From assembly GCF_002105155.1 (NCBI RefSeq), contig NW_019028981.1:1488001-1552000 (forward strand): a DNA stretch of 64,000 nucleotides. The letters are read 5' to 3'. Origin of the DNA: Lobosporangium transversale (Eukaryota). The translations under genes and the position numbers were made by a program. Positions within the stretch are counted from its first letter, which is position 1. Every line of letters begins with the position of its first letter. The notes beneath the pieces were generated by a model. That model was not told the DNA's origin. It saw only the letters and a program-made list of their open reading frames with translations, and ran no database searches. This document shows, piece after piece, positions 1-14,466 of this stretch.

Positions 1-30
1 ATCGGCTCTTTACGTCGCCAACACGACTCT

Positions 31-73
<43 letters not shown>

Positions 74-1496
74 TACAAATCTATGGCAAGAATTCAAAGG
101 GAAGGCACCGGTTGATGGGTCTTCTGATGAGTAGCAGAACAGCAGCAGAAGGAACTGAATGTAAATAATCGATAGGGATAAAGATGATAAGGAGCAGGAG
201 AAGGATAAAAGGGATGAAGAGTAGGACGATGATGATAATGAAGCAGAGGAGAGTGTCCCCCAAAGTGAGTAAGAGGAAAGCGCGGCGTTTGTGATGTTAT
301 TAGGGTCATACACTTAGCCACTGTCGCGTCTGTGTCATCGGAAAAGCTCTTACCAAACAGCTCAACTTCGAGGCCGGCATCCTATGCTATTAAGTGAAGT
401 CAAATGCCCTACGCTGCTGCTCAGGATTATGTCTTGGACTGGGAAGGGGATTGGGATGTCAAAAACATCTGGAACCATTTGCAGGCTAATGATTTCCTTT
501 GAAAGGGTACTGATTTTAATGAACTTGAGATGGCGCAGCAAGTATTTGACTCATTCCTCAAACATTTATCTCCAGCGTTTAGAGCGGTTTGGTTGATGGT
601 ACATATACCACATGGCACAGTCGGGAAATTGTACAAAAAAAAAAAAAAAAAAAAAAAAGGTTGCTAATGGCATGTGCCCCCTGTCAATGGGGACAAGGCT
701 TTCCTTCCATCAAAACAGATGAAAAAGAGAGCCCTCACAGAGTTAGATGGTGAGGGAGTCGACTAGGCCCCTTTTTACAGCGCGCCTTCATGTACTTTAT
801 CTACCGCTTGTAGCAGAGGGAAAGAGAACATGTCGAGACACTATCAATAATGGCATTAAAAAAGTTTATTCCACTCGATGATATTAGATTGAGTGCATTG
901 CTTTTTCGAGACGAAAAAACACTTCCAGCGCGCTAAAGTATGGGGGGGTATTGATGAGGCGAAAAAGCAGCTCTGCTTTCTTCTACACTATCTACGAAGA
1001 ATACTATATTCGGGATGGACAAGGTAATTGCTACAAATTTGTCATTGGAGTAAATCTACGTTTTTTTTTTTTTTTTTTTTTTTAAATAAAAAAAAAGGCT
1101 AAAGTAACTGGGTAGCTAGGCAACCCGTAAAGGGCCATTTACATTAATGTCCACCATCGAACGGAATCCAATCCGGATGATGCTTCTTTGAGGTAGATGA
1201 GGGGGCTGAGAGTATCCTCACCCTGATTTTCAGATCCACGACGCGGAACAAATTACAAAGCTGACTTTTATTTGCCCTCAGGATATCCTGACTTCCTGTA
1301 TCTTGTGATATATGGCTTTGTTATTTGTTTTCTGCGTGTGAAGTATTCAAAAGGATATATGTAACGTTTATGACTAATAAATAATAACAATAATATATAA
1401 AAAGATGTAGTGGTATGTATAAAAATACACTGTTTTCCTCAATCTGCTCTATTGACCTTCCTCTCTCTTCTTGGCCTCGTTTCGTATTTTTGCATT

Positions 1497-3384
1497 TTAG
1501 ATTTTGATGTTGCCGAGATCAAACACTTCATAGTCCTTGGGGTAAGCACCTTTGCTCAGCTTCCTCTGTGAAGCTACAACGATTTTATAGACGCCAGATG
1601 GTAAGCTAGTAGGCTTTGTCGAAGTCTTGGACCCCATAACCTGACCTTCCCACATCCAGGACCCAAAGACAAGTTTACCTTCTTTTTGCGACAAGTCTCT
1701 GCCACGGGGGTCGCGCGCTGTACCAGCCTTGGTGTGAAGGTATCCTTTAAAAGCATTTTCGGAGTCATAGACACGGATCTCTCCTGAAGGTGTATGTGAG
1801 CCTAGGCGAGTTAGGATCACAGGGATCGTCTCTGTCAAGTCAAAGTAGTAGACACCCCCGTCTGGTACCTTAGTTAGGTTACCAGTCTTGGCATCCAAAG
1901 CAAGCAAGGTCGGGAATCCAAGATCAGTGTCCATGATAGGAACCTCGGAAACGTCTCCCTTCAGGCCAATGTAAGGGACGTTTACAGGAACACCGCCCTT
2001 GGATGAAGGGGTTGCAACAAGATAGCCAGAGTACAATGGAAACTGAGAACGCTCTCCAGCAGAAGGTTCACTGAACCGGATGGTGATTTTAGCGGATTTC
2101 CCAGCTGGAATCTTGACTGTGGTGGTCGAGAATATGACTGATGCGTAATCTGCTTCTACCAAGGGCTCCAACAGAGGGAAACTGTTCTTATTAGGGTATG
2201 AATTAAGGGCATCAGCTGGCACGTGCGATAGAGTGTAGGTTTCAGCCTTCTTGCCATGGTTTGTGAGAGTAATTTGGGCAGTTTTCTGGAGGTGGTTCGT
2301 ATCCAACAGATCGAGGTGATCGGGGGTGATAGAGGAAACGGTAGTGAGAGCATTGTAGACATTGACCAGCCCAGCGCCTTGTTTCACAGCCGAGGTATAA
2401 GTATTTGTATCAGCATTCTTAACGTAGGTGGCTGTATTCTTGAAGACCTTACGGACTTCATCACCACGTGGCTCGGATTTCTTTGCCTGGATGTAGAGAG
2501 CATGCGCACCAGCCATATACGGGGTAGCCATAGAGGTGCCGGATAAGACCTCGTATCCATTCTTTTTGAGAGGGAAGGTCGACAGAATGTTCCCACCAGG
2601 AGCCGAAATATCGGGTTTGGATCGGAGGTCACCATCTATTCCAAGAGAAGAGAAGCCGGATGGTCGACCACCTCCTTCAATCCGGAAAGTAGCAGGCTCT
2701 TTACCCCAAGTGAATTTGTTCTGAGGATTCTTTTTATAAGCAGTGATCAACTCCGTACCAGCCTTGTTTTCAATAGATGCCATAGGGAACTCTGGGATAC
2801 CAGCGATGGATACTAAGCCAAAGGGGACGGACTGAATTAAGACACCAGCTGCACCAGCTTCCTTGGCAATTGCACCACGGGTACTAGACTTGCAACGTGT
2901 GAAATCTCCGAGCAGGAGTACAACCTTACCCTTGACGTCCAAACCCTTATACGCGTCCGTGTCACATCCATCTGTAAGTGTACCGTTCTGATAGTGGATA
3001 GGGACTGGGGTGGCAGAAGCAGGGAGGCTGATGGCCTTGCCATAGCCATCTGAAGGCTTGTAAGCATATCTGTTTCCAGCGTAGGTGAAGTAAGGGTACA
3101 GTCCCACAATATTGTCAATGGAAGCGACTGAGGTAGAGAGGTCACCAAGGCCTGCATCAGAGACCATCCAAATGCCTTGGTCTCCGTCGTTGCCAGCTGC
3201 AGCAAGGATAGCCATCCCCTTGGCAATCAGCTTGTCACCGAGAACAGCCTGTGGGTTGCTCTTGAATGCGGACCCACCTCCCAGGGACAGGTTGATGAGC
3301 TAAAATGGGATTGTTTGTATACGTCAATTTTTGTTTCGTGTTTCGGAAATTTTTTTTTTAGCGTATAGCACACTTTCGCTAAAC

Positions 3385-3415
<31 letters not shown>

Positions 3416-4275
3416 TAAACATCTCTAAGTGCATTTTTTTGACTTACATCCATGCCATCGTGGTATGCTCGCTCCATTGCAGCTAGGATTACATCGTCTG
3501 CAGAACTACCCTCGCATCCAAAGACACGGTATGCACCCAAAGTTGCTTCAGGGGCTACACCCACAAATGGTTGTGGGGGCTTGGGATTGGTTTTGATTTC
3601 CAATGCATTCGCTCCAATGATACCTGCGACATGTGAACCGTGGCCGTCACAGTCCATAGGGTCAGGACCAGGTGTAGGCTTGTTTTCACCATTGTATTGA
3701 TCTCCTACAAAGTCCCATCCATATGCAACACGACAGTTTTTTCCAAAACATCCTTTGGTGGAGCCATGAGTAGCAAAGGCTGGGTGCTTGTAGTCAATAC
3801 CAGTGTCAATCACTCCAACTTTAACGCCTCTACCTGTCAGTTTCAATTTACGATGAACAATGTCAACACCTGTCATTGAATGGTATGATGTTACTGCAGG
3901 ATCGGTGGCATTGATATCAGCAGGGCGGGTCTTTGGGATGGAGTATAATTGGATAGGCCAGACGTTCTTGATAGTGGGGATGGCTGCTAGGTCGTTACCA
4001 TCGTGGTTAGAGAGGACAGAGATGGCTGCTCCGTTGAAGATGCCATACTCATTGCGGATCTCATAAGCGATCTGATGATCATTCAGAGATGTATAGGCAC
4101 TTGGATGCATAATCCCATCTTCATATTCAATGATGTAGCCACGAGCGATAGTTGGGGCCAATGATGATGTTGGTTTTGTAGGCTCTGATGAACTGGCTTT
4201 GAAATTGTGGAATGTTCCTGCAGAGACAAGAGTCACGGCAGTGAGAACCGAAACAATAGTGTTGAGGATCTTCAT
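1497..4275 (-). CDS. Secreted S8 subtilisin-like serine protease with PA domain and Fn3-like C-terminus (Vpr/C5a-peptidase type), 2 exons, about 876 aa
   Basis: Signal peptide MKILNTIVSVLTAVTLVSA. Catalytic motifs VIDTG, HGSHVAG and GTSMATP. GT-AG intron 3447-3300 joins HDGMD to LINLSLGG in frame. Confidence 0.93.
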
Positions 4276-5325
4276 TCTATAAGGAAACCAAGGGTGTGTT
4301 TCTGATAATTAAACAGTGTAATACAAAGATACTGCAGTGAAAGAAGGTTTCATTAATGGTGATGTGGGGAATAGAAAGAGACCAACAGCAATGGTCAAAG
4401 GAAGGAATGAAAGCAAACAGAAGAAAAAAGTAGACTAGGAACAGAATTAACCGAGCGAGAGAAAGAGGGGGATGTGGAGGGGAAGGATGGAGAGGAGGAT
4501 AAGGAGGAGGATAGGGAGGAGGAAGATGAGGAGGAGGCTGAAGAGGAGGGAGTAGGATAGGGATGAAGTTTTGAGAAAAGAGGGGGGTTGTCCCTTTTAA
4601 ATCTGTGCAAAGGCCATGTGCGGCTGTGTATCAGTAATGGCATCAAGGCAAACAAACAAACAAACCAGTACACTGCCAAGAAGAAATCTGATGCATCTGA
4701 TCTGGTTCGAGAACATATCATGCTAACCGCATGTCAAAAACAAAGTTACTGAGATTTGGATGAAGTATGCAACAGTAACATGTAGATTTATAGCAATAGG
4801 GATATACATGTGTTTGTGGTCATGGTCTTTTTTTTTTTTTTTTTTTTTAAATTAGTCTTGGTTATGCATCACTGCCAATGAGAATCAAGTAAAGCTGTTC
4901 TGCCTGTGCACTAGAGACAAATAAGAACAAAAAAACTGTCAACAAATGAATATCGCCTTACGCTTCTTGATGCCAATCGTAGTGTAAAAGTACAATTATA
5001 GAAAAAGCGCCTCCTTGAAGACTCTCTCCTTGATTTGCAAAGTGGAGCAGTGTGAACAATGTGTATAGTCCATGACATAGTTTTTTTATTTATTACCTTA
5101 ATTTTAACAAAAAAAAAAAAAAAAAAAAAAGAAAGATAGAAGAAAGAAAGAGAGTCTTTTTGGTGAAGACTGATCAAATGACTGACCGTTAGAAGTTAGG
5201 AAGGAATGCTATTCTTTATAGACAAGGCAAAGGCATAACAAGAAACAATTGACTAGACCAGACAAGGAAAAAAGAATAAAAAAATTAGTGGCAATATCCT
5301 CGTTTCTCATAGGCGTCAGAGCGTG

Positions 5326-5356
<31 letters not shown>

Positions 5357-5848
5357 CGGATACTGCATGAAGAGGAACCTTGATCACAATGATGTCAAAA
5401 GATAAAAAGTGAAGAAGAACAGTAAGCGCAGCAAATATTGTTTCTAGTTGAAATGAAAGAATAAAGCTTCCCAAAGCCTCTGGTTGTTCCTGGACCCTTA
5501 CATGATTCCTGAACATCCCTTGCAATCATTGTAAAAAAAGCTTTTTTTTTTTTTTTTTTTTTTTTTAATCCAGCTTATAGAAAAGAAAATCAAGGCAATA
5601 CATGATGAAGACTAGTTGCTGGTAATACAAAGATCTCCTAAGAACCAAAATGTTTGTCTTTGATCTATTTTTATTTGTCGACTTTTGTGTCAACATTGTC
5701 GTTTGTGCGCGCAATGGTAAATAATTTTCACTCGACAAACGCCATTGTTACACAGTCCATGTCATTCCTGATCCAAAATAGAATATCATTAACAGTAACG
5801 TCGCTCCCATCAACAATCATTATTAATATCATATTGTCACTGTCATCA

Positions 5849-8800
5849 TCAGATATAGCCATTGACCATAATTGTTGGCCTCTCATCATCGGCTCGTCTA
5901 CTCATCATCGCCTTCTTCATCAACTCCTGTTGAAAATGCAAAGCCTCTTCAGGAGTCGGTCCAGGGACAGAGATTGAGCACGACTCTAACGCACAACTCA
6001 TGTCCGGAATGGCATCTAACAACTTGTTCAGCATCTCTCCCGATATCGGACTCGCTACTTCCAACTGGAACATTCGGATCTCTCTAAAATCTAGCGCTTG
6101 CAACAAAAAGTACCAATCTTCTGCTTGGATTTCAACATCTTGGATTGAAACATCATCCAATGGTGCAATCCTCTGTGGACACTCAAACGCTGCACTCGCC
6201 AGTTCAAACGCGCCTGAGACATGCTGATTTATAAATGCTTCTGTGAACCCGGAAATTTCTTCCAGTCTCATAACAAACTCGCGTTGTTGCTGTTGGTAAT
6301 CATGATCCTGCTGATCCTGCTGATCCTGCTGTTGTTGTTTATCGCTGTCATTCTCGTGGCGACGTTGATGATAATTAGCGCTTATTCCGTTATTGTTATT
6401 ATGAACAGTAGCTCCTCCATTCCTGGCCCCACTTTTACCCGAAGCGCAGCGAGCAGCATGCTCTTCCCACAGTTCTCTGATCGGTGCGCTCTTGTAAAAT
6501 AACACCTCCGTGAACCATTTCTGATCCAATAATTGTCCATTCTTGACCCTGATAGAAATAGTTTTTAGGCTCGGTAAGATGGCTGTTTGAGGTGTCTTGG
6601 CCGCTAGATACTGAAGCATTCTTTGGGTGTTCGCCCCCCATACATCAAACATCGTCACCTTCGTCCCAATCGATATCATAAAATCTATAGACTTCCTAAG
6701 TGCTTCGGTCTGCATTCGTTCCTTGGCTTGATCTGAATTGGTAAGCATCTTTTTCTTCGTCTTCTTTTGGCCATTCACTGCTACAGCTTTACTGTTATTC
6801 TTCGGAATCTGCTGTCCCTGACTTTGTCTCTCGCCTATAGTGCTGTCTTCCTCATCTGAATACCCAGCAATGCTCTTTTTCAGCTTTCGAATATCAACAA
6901 TCATATTAATATTCTCAAAACTACCTCGCAGAATAATTTTTCGAAGATCCTCGAGTGTAGAGTCCTCCATCAGATGTGCATCCATGATCAAGATTTTCTT
7001 CAGCTTGAATGGCCCCTTCCTGGGTCTCAATGACTTCTCTAATATTGCGGCATCTTGGGACGTAATGCCATAAATATCAAGGCTACTTAATGACGTTGCA
7101 TACTTTTGGAACATCGATGCTACTTTGTCACCCTCATGGGTCGTAATCCGGACCTTCATCTTGCTAGGATCCGACATATCTGACCATTGGAATTCGGAAG
7201 ACATGCGATGATGTCGCTGAAAGATTTGGAAAGTCTTGAGCGTTGGATGGTTTGCCATTAAGCTCTTGTAACTCTCGTAAATCTGACTAGGATCATCTTG
7301 GCCCACGATTTCGAGCTCAACTGTCACCAACCGCTTGTTACTCTTGATAATATGCCACACTCTCTTTCGATCACGCGCATACGAATAACCAAGATACAAA
7401 CTCGTCAGTATTCTGGAATGAAGGAAGCAGTTATCAGATTTCAAAAGGCCACGGTAATGAATCGTATCTTGGTTCCCACGCTTCTCGAGCCACTGTAACA
7501 AATCTCCCGTCTGATATTCAGAGTCCTCAATTTCGGCCCCTGGCTGACCCGGCTTCAAAAACTTAATCGACACGTTTTCATGTATATCCTCCATAACAAG
7601 ATTCAGCTTTGTGAAATGGTGAAGGCCCTCAAACATGCTTCGGATCCGCTGGACTCCATGGTCAATGTCTGTAACTAGGATCCTCATGTTGATTTTATTG
7701 ATATCCTTAGAACTTCGCTTGAAACGGACCAGCCGGAAACGCTGATCACTAGTCGTAAATGTCCTAGTAATATCGTACCGCTCATTGTAACCATAGAGCG
7801 ACGGGTCATCCTTCGGGCCTACATCCATCACAAATGCTTCAATGTTCTTGTTCTTGAGTACCTCAAAAATAATGTCGGAGTATCCATGTCCAAACCCGAG
7901 CACTTTTCCCGAATATGCAGAATCCGTCCGTACTTGAACCCGGACACAGGCAGCCTTGAACTTGGCAATCGCCTGACGGAGTTCCTCCTCGTCTTCATTG
8001 TTCATTTCCCAGTCCAAAAAGATGCGCAACACCGACGTTGTTACCAGCTTCTCTGCCAACTTGTAGTATTCGCGTGCCCGTTCGCGAGTCGTGATCACGA
8101 CTCGGAACGCGCCTGTCGAAGTCCTGAATTCTGTTACAGTAGATGCAGAGTCACCGGAGAAACGGAAGGCGCTGGTCCAAGCATCATTAGGTGACATGGT
8201 GACACAGTGATGCAAGCATACCCAACGTACGTCTCGCTCTGGCGTTAGGATTGGATGCGTGTCCTCCAGCATCCGACGAGGATCTCCCAAAAAAAAGAGA
8301 CTAGAGATGGCAGCAAAATCTCTCTTTCCCAGTGGTGTCACCGATGGAATATCACTAATTTTCGTTGACGAACCCGATGGATCTTGGTTCAAGAAGCTCT
8401 GACTACTCTTGACCTTTTGATTTTCCAGATAAATGATCGCCAATGTAATCCGTGTCTGTAGCTCTGGATCTTTCTCTGCAGGGAAACAGCACAAGATATC
8501 GTTCTCATGGTGCACTACACCAAACTTGAGAGCCTCTAAGATGGCCATCATATAATCCCCAAATCGCTCGATCATTGATTGCTCAACTGCTCTTGTCAAA
8601 GGATGTCCCCATGGGCAATCCGTCAGGTTTGAGTGAGCAAAGGTCGTACTTGCTCTTGAGCGTCCGCCACAGTCGCATAGAAAATGAACTGCGAAGTCTG
8701 ACCAGGATAGTTTACTGGCAACCTCCTCAAGTGCAGCTTGGCCAACATTGACTGCCCATGAGGCAGCTGGTAAAACGATAAAAAGTTTAGGTGCAGAAGC

Positions 8801-10594
8801 CTCAATCCATCGGTAGCGCTTGGTAAGGATCTCTTGGACACGCTTTCGGACCACGTTAGCAGCAGTCAACCTATTAGGGTCTGCAATCTCGCTGACATCG
8901 GGTAATGGACTCCAGCTTTGTGATGGTGAGATAGTCAAAGGCCCAATGCTGTTGTCAGCAGCAAGCTTGGTCGAAGGATTAATAGACGTTGATACTATGG
9001 TGCTTGAGGCAGTTGATTTCAAGCCCCGTGAAGCTGTTTCCATCGTCGCTGATGGTTCTAGAATCTTAGATACTTGATTACTCTCAGCAAAAGAGAGCAT
9101 GGATTCAGCTGCAACGGGTTCTATCTTCTCATCCTTTTCCTTTTTATCTTCGATGGCTTTGCTAAGCTGTTGTTGAGACGGAGATGGAGGCTGAGAATTT
9201 GCCTCCGACTCGACTTCTAGTTTTAGCTCTTCAACTTTGGCATCCTTATCCATATCGTCCGCCGCAGCGCATACCATAGCGCCTATTGCGACAGGACTTT
9301 TCGGTTGCTTATTCGATCCCGAAGCCGCAGTAGTTCTCCTCTTTTGGCGCGCATGTGCAGCTAGAATAATCTGACGTCTAGCCTGTTTAGTTTGCTTGGC
9401 TGTAGTAATTATCCTTGATTGGTTTCCACTACTGATGTTGTTATTATTGTCAACTAGATGGTGGCCACCATGAACAAGTTGATAGTTAGGCTTCCATTCC
9501 TGGAAAATCGCATGCTCGTCTGCAGATTTGGTAGGATGAGCAAAAAGCGATTGCATGCTGTTACTTAATTCCCTGCATTGACTCTCCTTGGCTGCATTAT
9601 CCGCTTTAGCAGTGGCCGCTGCTGTCTCGTCATTTCTATCAATTATCTCTCCCTGCTTGTCGTCACCACTATCTTCTATTTCTCCTTTGCCTTGGTCGTC
9701 TTCAGTGTCGTCTTTGCTTGGCTCTCTTTGTTTGACACTTCCTACACATTTGTCTTCATCACTCTCACTAATATCGAAGTCATCTGACGTATGGCCATAA
9801 GCAAATCCCGATCGTTGAGGTAATGATGGTGTTGAGGAACGAGATGATGACGATAACGATGATGCCATAGTTGTAGTTGTTGGATAATTCAGCATAACTT
9901 TTGCTCCAAATTTTTGCGCCTCTATCATTCCAGGGTTACTTGCTCCATTCAATGAAGGGCTGGTCTGTAGCAATGAGGCTGCCAAGTAAGTTTCCAAAAG
10001 ACTAGCTCCAAAGGTAACAGGGGTTTCCTTGTTGCTATGATCATTTTTGTTGCTAGTTCTACCGCCATTGCCTTGGGATGCAGGTAGAGGTTCACCACAA
10101 CCAAGGAGTTCCTGTTGTCCTGCTTGAAGCACATGCTTCAACTTTGCATGTTTCTTCTGCTGTTGCTGCTGTTGTAGATCGGCATAGATAATATCAAGAA
10201 TGGTATCTGGATGGTATTTGATGCCATGTGGGCGTACTCTATTAAGATAATATAAAAAAAAATCAATTAAACACGGTTGCTTTTCCCACATTGCTTACTA
10301 AATAGCATTTTTTTTATTAGTATTAGTTGAACATTCCTGTTGCTGATTTTTATACCTGTAAAGATCTTGATCTCGCATAAAGGGCACATAAACATCGTTG
10401 TGCTGTACACGCACAACTCCTGGGAAGCAGTCAGTGATATCGGTCCAGATCACGTACCACTCTCGAGTGATTGGATGTTGAACTGCAGGGATACGTACAG
10501 GGTAAGGATGACTAGGAGCACGGAAGGCTTGAAAGACTGTTGTGGTGGTGGCGGTTGAAGAAGTCTCAGGAGCTTCATGGTGAAATGTGGCCAT
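5849..10594 (-). CDS. Large lineage-specific protein (about 1540 aa): small N-terminal domain, low-complexity linker, PxLFxxLP/FLCxCG/WxCxxH region, degenerate LRR/RNI-like C-terminus
   Basis: Exon 1 10594-10356 and exon 2 10238-5849 join in frame (DLYR/VRPHGIKYHP). Clear paralog with the same intron at 43770-48440. The LRR-like call is an impression from leucine spacing. Confidence 0.75.
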
Positions 10595-10916
10595 GGTTTC
10601 CTTTTGAAAAAGGAGAATAAAAAAAAAAAAAAAAAAAAAAAGAGGTGGAAGAAAGAGAGGAATATGAGAAAGGAGAAAGGGTTTTTGATTAGTTTCTATA
10701 TTGTATATAAGTGAATGAGAAAGAAGTGAAGCGAAATGAATGTGAAAATGGCGTTGTATACTTGTACCTGATAAAGAAATATTTAAATGAACGATTCTAT
10801 GTTTTACAAGTCACTTTCGAACTACCATTGTCCATTCTATGTCTTGAACAACACACGAGTTTTTTTTTTTTTTTTACTGTTAATACAGGGAGCTATAAAA
10901 AAGAAAAAAAGATCCA

Positions 10917-11567
10917 ATGGAATCCATTCTCGAACAACCAGTGGCAACATTGCCTTCGCCCAAACAACTAGATCACACAACGTTACATCTCTTGCCTTGT
11001 GGGATCCACCACGACGGAAACGCTAATATCAAGAGTTTTTTCTTTCTTGTCGATGGAGAATATCCTCCACCTTCTTTACAGAAAGTAAGCGTCTCTAAAA
11101 CAACTGAAGTTAATACAGCCACTACCGCTGTACCTACATTGACTCCAGGAACGTCAGAACCAACAACAATAACAACAGCAACAACAGAAGCAGTTTCCAC
11201 AATTGAATCAATCGCTGTCACTAAACCATCCGTTCCTGAAGTTTCCTTCCGTGGCCGCACACTCAAGGGTACGGTGATCCAAGTCCCTGAAGGATACAAA
11301 GGAAGTATTTACAAACCCTATGAAGCTCCAGTCAAATCATTTCAACAATCCCACCCACAACACCAAGATGTGAATATGGAAGAAGAAGAATATGAAGCTA
11401 TGTTGAAGGATATGCAAGAAGATCGAAAGCGACTAAGGACCGAAGCTCAGTTTGACGAGTTTATGGTGTGGGGCCATGATGAACAACCTACGTACAAGAA
11501 TGAAAAAGTCCTTCGTGCAATGCAATGGTTTGACATTGCAAAAATCTTGCACGAACCACTGTGTTAA
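10917..11567 (+). CDS. RNASEH2C: Ribonuclease H2 subunit C
   Basis: Motifs LHLLPCGIHHDG, SFRGRTLKG, VPEGYKG, FMVWGHD and the terminal W..IA..LH; single-exon ORF of 216 aa. Confidence 0.88.
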   Translation: MESILEQPVATLPSPKQLDHTTLHLLPCGIHHDGNANIKSFFFLVDGEYPPPSLQKVSVSKTTEVNTATTAVPTLTPGTSEPTTITTATTEAVSTIESIAVTKPSVPEVSFRGRTLKGTVIQVPEGYKGSIYKPYEAPVKSFQQSHPQHQDVNMEEEEYEAMLKDMQEDRKRLRTEAQFDEFMVWGHDEQPTYKNEKVLRAMQWFDIAKILHEPLC

Positions 11568-11683
11568 CATTAGCATTTCTATTAAGTATCAAGCATTGAA
11601 GGAGCTAGAGACTTGTTAGGATCTTTTGCGGTTTTTCTAATTGATATAATTGTACAATAAATTACTCTTCAAATCAGAGCAAC

Positions 11684-11714
<31 letters not shown>

Positions 11715-11790
11715 TGTTTTTATTAATGGATTGTTCTATTTTTTTTTTTTTTTTTTTTGATTCCTTGATTTGATGAAGATAATGTGCTGC

Positions 11791-12210
11791 TTAAAACTAA
11801 GAAAAAAAAAATTACGAGACAAACGATAAAGAAACAGGTCGTTAGGCTATGAAGGAAGCTGCAGCATCATAAAAAAAAAAAAAAAAGCAGATCAAACCCT
11901 TTTCAACATTCTTACTCTAATCTGATAGTTGCCTGCTTTGGTCATGTATCGGACCCACTTGACAGATTGATAATTACTCTTCTCAAAGACCTTCAAGAAC
12001 CGGACCAGCAGTCCCGAAGACGTGAACATAAGAACCTGGAAATCCATTGAGATTGGTGGACGTGACCACGCCTTTTTGTGTGTCATTGCTGTCAGGTTTG
12101 CTTCAGCCGTCAACATATACTCGGACTGGCCTTGGAACCGAGGGATCCTTTGTGGATCAAGAAAAAATTAAATGTGGGAGTTAGGTCCAGGAATGCAGGA
12201 AGGATATATT

Positions 12211-12244
<34 letters not shown>

Positions 12245-12512
12245 TAAAATAAAATATATACAAATAGTAGACTTACTTCCAAACAATCGAGTTCTCGCCC
12301 GGGACGTACTTCGCCTTGCCTGCAGAGGCCGAGCATGTCACGCCAGCCGTGTTGAGTGGAGTTGGAATATTGAGCACTACATTGTTGGCATTCAGCTTGG
12401 ATGAAAAGTTGGCCTTGACCAGCACACGATATTCAATCTTGGATTTCCCAATCTCTGTCACGACAGGGTGTACTTTGAATGGCAAGTTGATGTTGTCAGA
12501 AGTACGATATCT

Positions 12513-12545
<33 letters not shown>

Positions 12546-12800
12546 ATAAGCATGTATAAATCAGCATGTATAAAGTCAACATGTATATCTTTTTTTTTTT
12601 TTTTTTTTTTTTTAAAGATAAATCAAAAGAGCATAAACTCCATGAACCAAGATAATGTACCTCATGAGTTCGAATTCACCGTCAGGAGGTATAAAGCTGA
12701 TGGTGCGATCACTGTCAAACTTGCCCAGCTTGACGCACTGGTGGAACTGACAGTCGTCAATCTCGACTGTGTTGGATGATCTCCTACATCAATTTTTTTT

Positions 12801-12838
<38 letters not shown>

Positions 12839-13897
12839 AACGATAAGAAAACGAGAAAACGAGAAAAGAGAAAAGAAAAAGAAAAGAAGCTTCTCAACAT
12901 ACTTCCGATTAGAAGGGTCTTTCTCCAAGAGGACTTTGTCATTCAATCCGAATTTACACTCGGGCGTGCCAGACAGATAAGCCCTCATCATGATTTGACC
13001 AGCTACATCAGCTCTCAGCACGTTGCCCTGTACACTTAACAACAAGTTAACAGACTCAATCACATCAATAAACGCTTCATTCTTGCGGTACTTCACATCA
13101 CTCCTTCGCCATGATGTCGCTCCTGTCGCCTGGATCGTAATTCGAGCAGAGTCCTCCATAATCGCTCGCTCTGATTTCACAGACTCTGTTGTAATATACA
13201 TCTTGAGCGTATCTGGGTCACTGTTCTGGGGATATCCAAAGTCAAGGACCTCTTTTTTTTAAAAAGATTTGAATACAATATATGATTGTTAATATTCCCT
13301 TCCTTTCTCGCTTTCTCACAACTCCTCTTCTTTCTTTACTTACCATCTAGCAATTCATAAATAACCACAAAGTTGGCTTTGACAGCGTCTTCATCCAGTT
13401 TTCCGAAATACGATCGCCCCACATTAATCACTCGATAACAGAATTCAAAAATCAATGCTGCATTGGCGTTCCATTTCGTCAACGCCACAATATACAGGTT
13501 CTCGTGTCGGACATGAAAGAATGAAGTCGAACCCAGTGTGATAATAGGAGAACGCACATCTGTATTCGAAATCACTTGAATACGAAAGATGTCTGCAATC
13601 GAACGTCTATTTTTTTTTGTTTTTTAATTCAAAAATTAAAATTAATAGGTCAATGATTCCGATCTTTATCTCCATGGCATGGTCGTACGGACGAATACAT
13701 TCACTTTTAGATATGATAGTTGTTATTTTGTGCTGTGCTGGAATGTTCAGTTTTAGCTTTCTTTCATTCTCTCATTCTCTCTTTCATTCTTTCATTCTTT
13801 ATTATTTCCCTTCTTGTCCTTACTTGAGGTCTTGACGGTACAGTCTCGAGATGAGGACCTCTCCCTTCTGGTTGTAGATGAAGAATGCGCTGATCAT
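11791..13897 (-). CDS. AP2M1: AP-2 adaptor complex medium (mu) subunit, multi-exon
   Basis: Starts [23 protein letters not shown]. Contains [52 protein letters not shown] and [10 protein letters not shown]. Last micro-exon TTT TAA at 11796-11791. Confidence 0.95.
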
Positions 13898-14466
13898 TTT
13901 TTTATGACTTGCGAGTGTGACAAGGGAATGTGCGTGTATATGAATATGTATGAAAAGTGGTCCTAATGAATGTCACCGTTTCACCCTATCTTTTTTTTCT
14001 TCCTTTCATAAAAGGGTAGCCAATGTATGAATGTCTGTCAATGTAATCCAATGAGACGGGTAGGAGTTGGATGTATTTTTAACAGCGCGTTGTTCCTGAA
14101 ATAGCTTCCTTTGCTTTTCTCTTGGTTCAAGAAAAAAAGAGAGGCAGTTAAATGAATAAAAAAAATGTAAAGATAAAAAGAAAGAATTAACAAATAGAAA
14201 CATCCAAGAGATGGAGAGAATGGAGAGAATGAAGAGGATGGAGGAAAACAAAAAAGGGATGATGTAAAAAAAGAATGCAGGATGATAAAAAAAAGTTTAA
14301 AAAGAATGTGGACATGCAAAAGAGATGAAGGCAGTTGAAATAAACCTTCTCTGAGAGCATTTTATCTCATGCCTGAGAAATTAATCATTCATGTCTCTGT
14401 GGCTCTGTGGCTGAAGGATATCAAATTTTATTAACAGAAAAGTATATATATTTTACATCTTTTTCT

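Noticed and set aside
1..1300. Possible decayed gene or transposase fragment (e.g. LINTPPYFSALE on the minus strand)
   Set aside because: Frames are interrupted and the resemblance to a DDE motif is too weak to call.
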